Source: Kondoa subrosea
Taxonomy: Eukaryota
Assembly: GCA_039545335.1 (NCBI GenBank)
Contig: BCIN01000010.1
Coordinates: 186,001 to 250,000, forward strand
Direction: 5' to 3'
Length of the DNA: 64,000 nucleotides
Position 1 is the stretch's first letter. Each line of letters opens with the position of its first letter. A program made the position numbers and the translations under genes. Positions 56,162-64,000 of this stretch are shown here, piece by piece. The notes below the pieces were generated by a model. It did no database searches. It saw only the letters and a program-made list of their open reading frames with translations, and was not told the DNA's origin.

Positions 56162-58473
56162 TCAGCTCTTGTGCTTGAGCAGAGCTTCAGCAATGATCTC
56201 GGTCATTGCAATGACTGCTTCCTCTTCGTTCTTTCTTCCCACGCATTGCAGACCTATAGGTACATCTTTGTATAGCTCGGGTTCGTCTGCAACATTTCAT
56301 TCAACTTGTATTCAGCTAGAAAGTGAGCAAACTTACACATCTCGAAAACGCGTTTGTCTTCATCATTGAAGAAGCTCTCCGGTGCACTTGGTTTGACATC
56401 AATAGCAGGATCAACCTGCAAGACGGGGAAGTTGGAAGCAGCGTAATCTGTCAAATTAATCCAGCTTGTATAGTTGATGTATTGTGGTGCATTGTGAGGC
56501 GCAGACTGATACAGGTGATGGGTTAGCACATGATGATTCTCACACAGAGTCTCAGACTCACACAATTGGCTGAGACAGGGCAAATGATGGCGTCTACTGG
56601 TCGACCTGTGCCAGTCGATTCTGCAGTTGCTTCCCAACGATCGAGCTGCTTCTTGATGAAGGCCACTTTCGCACGGCACACTTGCCAATACTCGTACGTA
56701 GTGAGATGTTTGGGAGAGTCGTGATTCATGACCCAGCCAAGCAACGCTACTCAGGCAAAATTAGCACCGTATCCTCACGATCCATATCACCAAAAGTGCT
56801 TACGTTCACCTGACAGAGCCAAAACAGACTTAATATCAGTTCCAGCATCAGCGTTATAGATGCCATGGATGATCGTGTTTGATTCGGCGTGCTCATGAGC
56901 ATGCCAATCGATAACTACAGGCGAGAATAATTAAGCAAGTCATGTCAAAATACACAGACAGCAAAGCACACCGAGATGACCAGCGGTTTCCAGTGCGAGC
57001 TTTGTCTTTTGCATCGCTCGTGTGTAAGGTGCTTGAGGACGACAGACACCGTCATGCCACATCATAGCGAAGCATAATTCCTTGCCATAACCGTGCTCAG
57101 CAAGAGCGTATTGCTCTTCACTCCAGGGAAGACGAAGAGCGATTGGATCCTTCATCCAGGGTTTCGCGTCTGCAACCTATGGCGGTGAAAAGAGAGATGA
57201 GCGAGAAGGACAACTGAGACGAAGAAGAGTGTTGCCGCACTGCTTTCATGAAGAGCTTGAGACCATCGACGGAGATAGTCATTGGACCGAGTACGCTTGG
57301 AACGGCTTCTTGACCTTCCATAGAATTAGTCGAGTGCATGTAAGGCACACGATTGTACCTAAACAATGTACATGATCAGTGAGCGAAGAGATTACTCGAA
57401 ATCAGACGCACGAAGGTCTCAATCCATATAAACCTTGAAAAGCTGCAGGGATTCTTACTGATCCACCTAGGTCTGATCCAACGCCCATCACGGAGCCACG
57501 CATTCCAATGAGAGCACCTTCACCTCCAGAAGAACCACCGCAAGTCAGATTTCTGTTGAAAGGGTTGCTAGTCGTTCCCCAGAGGTTATTAGTCGCCTCA
57601 GAGAACATCAATGCTTGAGGTACATTGGTGCTAGATTCGCAAGGTATTCTCAGGTCAAGTAAGATGAACATTCAAGTGTGAGCTTACCGAACATAGATCA
57701 CACAACCTTGTTGAACAAGAAGATCGACCAATACAGCGTTGCGCTTGCTTGTTTCGTTCCAGCCAACGTATCCCATTGACATGATGACGCCTTCCACATC
57801 TATCTGATCCTTGAGGGAAATGGGCAGACCACTAATAGATAGCAACGCGTTAGGTAAGCGGATTGAACAGTGATAGCCTGAGGACTTACTGGAGTGGACC
57901 AATGGTGTCACCATGTTGTTCGAGGTACTCGTCTAACTTCTTCGCCTGCTCTCTTCCTGCAGAAATGGCTCAACGAAATGCCATGTCTTATCCTGCAACA
58001 GCCACACCTACCTTGTTCTAGAAAGATTTCCGTCAAACAGTTGGTCAGTTGATGAGCGACTAGGGCACGACTAGGCGACCATAGGCATCAGAACATGGAT
58101 TGAATGATCCGAGGACAAACTTACTCGGCGAACGCATTGAAAACCTCAAGCGAGGTCCATTTCTTGCGCTTGATGTTGGCCAGAAGTAACTCGACCGTCG
58201 CGACGTTAGTAATCTCTATGGATTTGGCAGACAAGTATGGCGAGAAATCAAAGTTTGTCACATTATCGTCCGTGAGCAAGGATTGGATCCTCAGCCTGTC
58301 TGGAATCAATGCATCTTGCTGTTTTCGCCTTTCAGCTGCAATGACTGCGCACACGAACTATCAACACTAGCGTTAACATTGTCTTTGCATGCCTTACTCT
58401 GCCAACTCGAGCTGGTTCCGTTCAGATGCAACGTGTTCTTGATCATAGCTGTTGCTTGTTCGATAACGCTCAT
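56162..58473 (-). CDS. Amidase-signature family enzyme (acetamidase/Amd2-like)
   Basis: GLPISLKD, TNVPQ, GGSSGGEGAL, GVGSDLGGSVRIPAAFQGLYGLRPS, VDAIICP, PIGLQCVG. Confidence 0.93.
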
Positions 58474-58519
58474 TTCTTATGTGTGCTCGTTGCAAAGACT
58501 CTAATGGCCTAGTAGCCTG

Positions 58520-58670
58520 AGATCCTTATCTTTCATCCGAAACCGATAAGCGACGGTATCATCCCAGTTCGGTGCTAATGCGAGCTCGGCGCCCACTGAC
58601 GGACGCGATACGATATTATGCCCAGCATGTGTCTTATCAAACTGCGCGTTATCCAATTCGTGATAAGAAA
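58520..58670. promoter_or_regulatory. GATA-site cluster in the amidase/permease divergent promoter
   Basis: CTTATC 58525, GATAAG 58545, CTTATC 58633, GTTATC 58648, GATAAG 58662. Confidence 0.65.
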
Positions 58671-58748
58671 TCTTACTACTTGACCTTTTCTCAGTACTCG
58701 AGCTTTCCTTCCTTTGCCAGCACTGCTCCCTATCGTTCCTCCCTATCC

Positions 58749-60950
58749 ATGACAGACTACAAAGACCCTGAGAAAGATGGCGCTGTCACGAGCGCTGTAG
58801 CAGTGGGAGATGAAGTTCCGAATCATGTTGTTGCCGATCCAGACGATGAATTAGAAGTCTTCGCTGCTGGTGCAGACGGTGTTGATTTCCGGTAAAACTG
58901 TACACTGTGATATGTAACTTCGCCCCCGATTTACTTCTTTATCTAGAACTGTTGGCTGGAAACGAGCTGCTTTCTTCTTCTTGAAAATGACGTTCGCTGC
59001 TGGGTGAGTTATCACTTTCTTCCTTGTGACATAGCTCAATATTGCTTCAGTGTCTTGTCTATTCCTTCTGCATTCTACACGCTCGGTGCGGTTTTAGGGG
59101 TCTTGTTTGTCGTGAGCAAGTCCCTGAGACTGGATTGCTTCGATACTGATCAACTCTAGGTCTTCTGGGGTTCATTGAACACATATATGGCATTGCTTCA
59201 AGGCCAGTTCCGTAACAAGCATCGCTCGGTCCACACGGTAGCAGACATGGTATATTTCTTTCCTGCGGTTTGATCTTAGTTATTCCCTCATGCGCACGCC
59301 AGGGATACATTCTTGGCAAGCAATGGTCCAATCAAAGAACAGCTATATTTGCAAAGTAAGCTTGCCATGCTGCCTGCGACTTCGATGCTCAGCAGCTCCC
59401 CAGGGAGGCTCTCGGTGCTCTCTATCGTCAGTGTTCTGAAAAGTAATCAAGCATTGTGATATACTCAAATTTGGGTCATAGTAATCTCTTGGATTGTGGG
59501 TCTCGAGATTTGCCTTTTGATCTTGAATGTAGCTCACCTGTTCTCCATAGCTTTGCGCAGGCGTCTCTATGCTTGGATTCACTACAGCTCTTAATGCTGT
59601 CAGCTCTCATGCACTATGCACTGTCGCTTTTGGTAGCATTTCCATGATTGTTATCACTTTGGCTGGATCTGTTAAGAAGATCCACAACATGGGCTCAATC
59701 ACGCTTATTGGCTTTGTCTCGATCTTTGCAGCCATTATGCTAGTGACTATAGTATGTTCTGCTGCTTTAGGGGAATTTGCAGATCTAATCTTCTCACGCA
59801 GTCGGTCGGCTTGCGAGATGTTCGTGATATGTTTTTTTTTTTTCTACAGAGAACTGATACAGGCGTCAGAGACCCGCGGCTGCGCCTCAGACTGGCGACT
59901 TCGATCTTGGGTTTCATGCTGGTCCATCAGCTGGCGTGAGTTTCGCAGCTGCTTGGGGATCTGCTCTAGCTATCTTTGCATCTACTGCCAATACAAGTAC
60001 GCTAGCTTGATCTGCAAGGGTTTGAGCAATCGCTGAATGCACTTTCAGGTGGCTTCGTCCCTGTCATATCGGAAATGCGACGCCCGACAGATTATCCTAA
60101 AGCTGTCTTCACCACAATGACATTCATTTCCTCTGCCTATGTTGCAATCGCCTTGACGGTCTTTTATTACTGTGGTCAATGGGTTGCATCGCCCGCACTT
60201 GGCTCTGCTGGACCACTGATCAAGAAGATTGCATGTGAGCTGCAGATTGTCCTTCCGTAATTGTCAGCTGAGTCTGCCTGCCAAGACGGCATCGCCATGC
60301 CTGGACTCATAGCAGGAGCGGCGATCTGTGTACATGTAGCTGGTACGCCTCATCCATTTGTATGGGTCAATGTTCGCTGATCATAGCTCAGGCAAATACC
60401 TCTTTGTCCGGATGCTACGTGGTTCGCCTCATCTCACAAGAAACTCTGCTCGACACTGGATAACTTGGTTTGGCTGCACATTCAGCATTGGCATTGTATC
60501 TTGGCTACTCGCTGAAGCTGTACCATTCTTCGGGAGTTTGGTGTCTCTGATCGGGTGAGCCTAATTCAGCTGCAATATAATGGAATAATTGAGTGGAGCA
60601 TCATAGTGCGGTCGGTTTTGGGCCATTGGGTGTGGTGTTGCCTTCTTTGCTGTGGTTTGCGATGCACCCAAATGCCTGGAAAGAGCGAAAGTTTGGCGCT
60701 GTGATTCACCTGCTGGTATTCCTGATCGGTCTATTGATCACGGTAAGGCATTGAACTCCTCGAAAGGTGCCTGTCCTCATACATTTGTGGCAGTTTGGCG
60801 GTTTCTATGCAAATATTGTCGTGAGTCTCGAGAGGTTTTGCATTCATGATACTTATACTATTCTAGAATATCCGCAATCAATACGCAGCGGGTACTGTTG
60901 GTCATGCTTTCAGTTGTGCTGATAACAGTGGAACAGTTGCGGCAGAGTAG
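58749..60950 (+). CDS. Neutral amino-acid permease (Mtr-like, Aa_trans family)
   Basis: VDFRTVGWKRAA, GVLSIPSAF, GFVPVISEMRRPTDY, GQWVASPALGSAGPLIKKI, AEAVPFFGSLVSLIG, FSCADNS. Confidence 0.9.
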
Positions 60951-61504
60951 GGCAACGCCATTGCTTTGGGCGCAAGAATGCAATTTATTATATGTACATA
61001 CTAGAACACGATAGAGTTATAACAGAGGTACAATTGCAATATAGCGCAGTGCGCTCAGTCAGCGTGCGTATCGATACGTATGTATGCCGCCTCACTTTTC
61101 CCACTCTTTCGAACAACGTCAAAAGCTAGCTTGATAATTGATCCCGGCGCTATTGCTAGCAAGACTCAGGAACTGGTGTGAGACTGTCGCAGGCCATCAG
61201 CGACATCTCGCTGCACTTGAGGTTTACCGCGCCAGTCAAAAGGCGCAATATTCGTGGATCTTTCTCGTGGGCTATCTCGAGGGAGTGTGCAGCTTCTTCA
61301 TCATGTCTGCAAACAGCATTTTGGAGCAGATCTTCTTCACTCTAAACGTAGTTCCCTTTGTTCTTGAACAGTATTCAAGAATAGGCCACCTCTTGAAAAT
61401 TCGGTACGCGAGGTGATCTTCTCTACCTCTCGACTCCACTTTTCCATATTGAACTCTCTTTTCCGCTGGTCGTATCTGTGGATTAACTCTTAACTCTTTC
61501 TATC

Positions 61505-63599
61505 ATGCTGTCCATTCTCTATCTTATCCCGCTCCTTCGCATCTGTTATGCCCAGATGTTCGTGAACGTAGGGAGACAGACTCGTCGGTCTACTTCATGC
61601 TGATATCCACCCCTCTCAGAATCCTTCCGTGCTGGTCACGGAACGCATAGATCCAATGTCAGGAGTGACCAATAGGCTGGATTCTTTGAGCTAACGTCTC
61701 TTTCCATATCTATTAAGTATGGCTCCCGGCAAGATCTTCTCTCATGTTCATTCAATATTGTAAGTCGTATCACCAGACGCAAGACTCCGTGCTGAGGCTG
61801 TTCACTACAAAGTGGCGCAAACAAATTCTCCAAAGACATGACTTACGACAGCCTTCAAGAGTCAACATGTGTAACGTTCGTATTCTCGGGAATGTGGTTG
61901 ACGAATGCTAAACTTTAAGTAGATCCAACTTCGTCGAAGACAAATCGAATTGTCAGTCATCGCCCGTCTTCTACGACGCTTGCTCACAACCCAATACCAG
62001 ATTGGGTTCCTGAGGCCTATTGGGCCTATGCAAATGTTAGGAACTCTGCTGGGTGGAAGATCATCCTTATCTGATTTTCGGACAGGGCTCGTACACACCG
62101 ATTAACCGGGGTGATCACACTATGGGCGCCAATGTCTATGCAAGATAAATGATTCTTCGCCGTTGCTATGCTCATTTTGTTGTAGTATTTCGCAAGACCA
62201 GGAAACAACAATCCAAATGAAAAGATCTACGCTTTCCCTCCAAATTTCAGGATGATTGCCGGCGATACAGCTCGACGGTCTTTCAACGCTTCAGCAGGAG
62301 CAGACAAGGCAGTCAATTTCAGTAAGTACTTCTTCCCGCAATATGAAAGCTGCTTACCCTTTCAGATTGCTATGGACAAGCAGGGGAAGGCAATTCATTC
62401 CCAAAGGGACAGTGTGAACCGTAAGTCAGCTACCACCTGCTCATAAATGAATTTGACTCTAGGCGGTCGGTAGTTTTATGAGACTTCAAGTCTATTTTCC
62501 AAGTTGCTGGGTTGGTACTTGCACTTCTAAGACATCGCAAGTCTCTGATACTGAAAGCAGAATGGCGATCTCGACTCAGCTGATCACAAGTCACACGTCA
62601 TCTACCCTATGGGCAATGATGGTTCAGAAGTTGCCGGGAACTCTGGCGACTACTGTCCAGATTCCCACCCAAAACGTTTGGTCACTCTGTTTTACGAAAG
62701 GATGATGGCCAGTATGTCCCCAGATCTCTTTAAAGGCGAATTGCCGATGCTAAGATTGACCGTTAGTGGTAGTCGGAAAGCCCGGAGATGCCAATTACTG
62801 GAATTGGTATGATCACTTGGACACTGCTAAAGACAAAGATCAGCCCATTGTGCTCTCGTGAGCGACCTTCTTGAAATACAGTGGGAAGATGTTTGTCTGA
62901 TTTGATTTCGCGCTAGAAATGGCGACACAACTGGGTATGGCTGGCATGTACTTTACACGACTCGTTTTGTCTGTTTCAATCATTGACGCTCTTCTTAGGG
63001 AGATTTCGTCAACGGATGGAAGGATGGAGCTCTTCAAGCGGTAGTCGATCGATGCGGCAATGAGCCCAACTGCAAACCCTTGGATTCGCTCACTCAAGTT
63101 ACAGACAAAAATTCGTGCACGATTGTAAGTACTATCATTCTGTGTGTAGCCCTTCCTCATTCTTTCTGCAGCCTGTAGATCCATTGCTGGCCAATGAACA
63201 GAGTATGTTTAGCCTTGCACCCAGCAACTCTACTGATATGCGCATTCAGCTGGAGCCGAACAGTTCAATATGTTCATCAGTAACATCCCCTCAGGGTCCG
63301 AGTCCGACGAATCAATGGATACACAAGCTTCTGATCAATCTACATCCAGCAGCAAGGCGTCAAAGACTGCAGCAAATGGTCAACAGCCAAAGACAACTAA
63401 CAGCTCTGCTAAATCCATGCCGTCTTCGACTAGCGCGCCGAGCAAGGGTGAAGATCAAGATCAAGATCAAGATCAAGACAAGCAGAACGATGCATCTACC
63501 TCAGGTGGGACAACTCTAATCGATGACAATTCAGGCGCTGCGAGAGTTGGGTCGCACCTCGTCTTGGTGATTTCCCTGGTTATGGGTGCTTTGGTTTAG
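61505..63599 (+). CDS. Secreted DUF1996-domain protein with S/T-rich tail and probable GPI signal
   Basis: LVTERIDP, SSHVH, AFPPNFRMIAGD, YFPSCW, DSADHKSHVIYP, CPDSHPKRLVTLFYE, DFVNGW; hydrophobic C-terminus. Confidence 0.85.
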
Positions 63600-63660
63600 G
63601 TGGATGTCTAGCAAGAAGGGTCACGTCGAGTAACTTCTGAACTTATGAAATTGCAAAGTC

Positions 63661-63710
63661 AACTCCATTACTGTACTTACAAGATAACTCCATTACTGTA
63701 CTTATCAGAT
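63661..63710. repeat. 25-bp tandem duplication
   Basis: aactccattactgtacttacaagat / aactccattactgtacttatcagat. Confidence 0.9.
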
Positions 63711-63861
63711 GACTGAGCTTCAGAACAGTTCAGAACTTGTCACAATCATCGTTTACACCCACCAATTTTCTTTTTGTGTACAACGAGCATCTTCAGCAGG
63801 ACCCAGGATTCAAATCACCTTAATCTGCACAGCGAGTAATTGCTACTAGACAAGCTCTAGT

Positions 63862-64000
63862 ATGGAGTGGCAGGAAGCGAAAACGCCTGATGGCAAGGTT
63901 TACTGGTACAACGCGCAGACCAAGGCTAGCTCATGGGAGAAGCCTGACGCTCTGAAGACTCCTCAAGAAGTGCGTTCTCTATCATGTGCTCAAAACGTGT
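63862..64000 (+). CDS. PRP40: WW-domain protein, probably splicing factor Prp40, first exon (partial)
   Basis: [36 protein letters not shown] followed by GTGCGT donor. Confidence 0.7.
   Translation, partial: MEWQEAKTPDGKVYWYNAQTKASSWEKPDALKTPQEVRSLSCAQNV

Noticed and set aside
63452..63482. (GATCAA)n microsatellite; also poly-Q at ~55810-55832
   Set aside because: Ordinary coding low-complexity tracts (DQ repeat; Nup53 poly-Q).

Overview
Eukaryotic, very intron-dense fungal DNA, most likely a basidiomycete (short ~50-70 nt introns, many micro-exons; Pucciniomycotina-like is my inference). About 27 spliced protein-coding genes: GST (partial), two RPL12 copies, RACK1/ASC1 (hosting a U24 snoRNA), RTF1, an MFS and a CNT transporter, HEM14, ERV25, REV7, a GPI Ser/Thr protein, SEC62, condensin YCS4, MAK3, mL41, a peroxisomal acyl-CoA ligase, ERG6, an FAD monooxygenase, homogentisate dioxygenase, SEC23, a TPT-family transporter, PHO13, GH26, SYM1, MTG2, NUP53, amidase, amino-acid permease, DUF1996 and the start of PRP40. 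Three things stand out. (1) A 2.6-kb island (19.0-21.6 kb) with no recognisable gene, bracketed and punctuated by clusters and palindromes of the heptamer TCCAAGT. (2) An intron in the CNT gene that appears to have arisen by tandem duplication of exon sequence. (3) A 1.56-kb direct duplication (RPL12 plus the GST 5' end) sandwiching a decayed MET5 fragment. Gene boundaries were assembled by eye; product names come from recognised motifs, not database searches.
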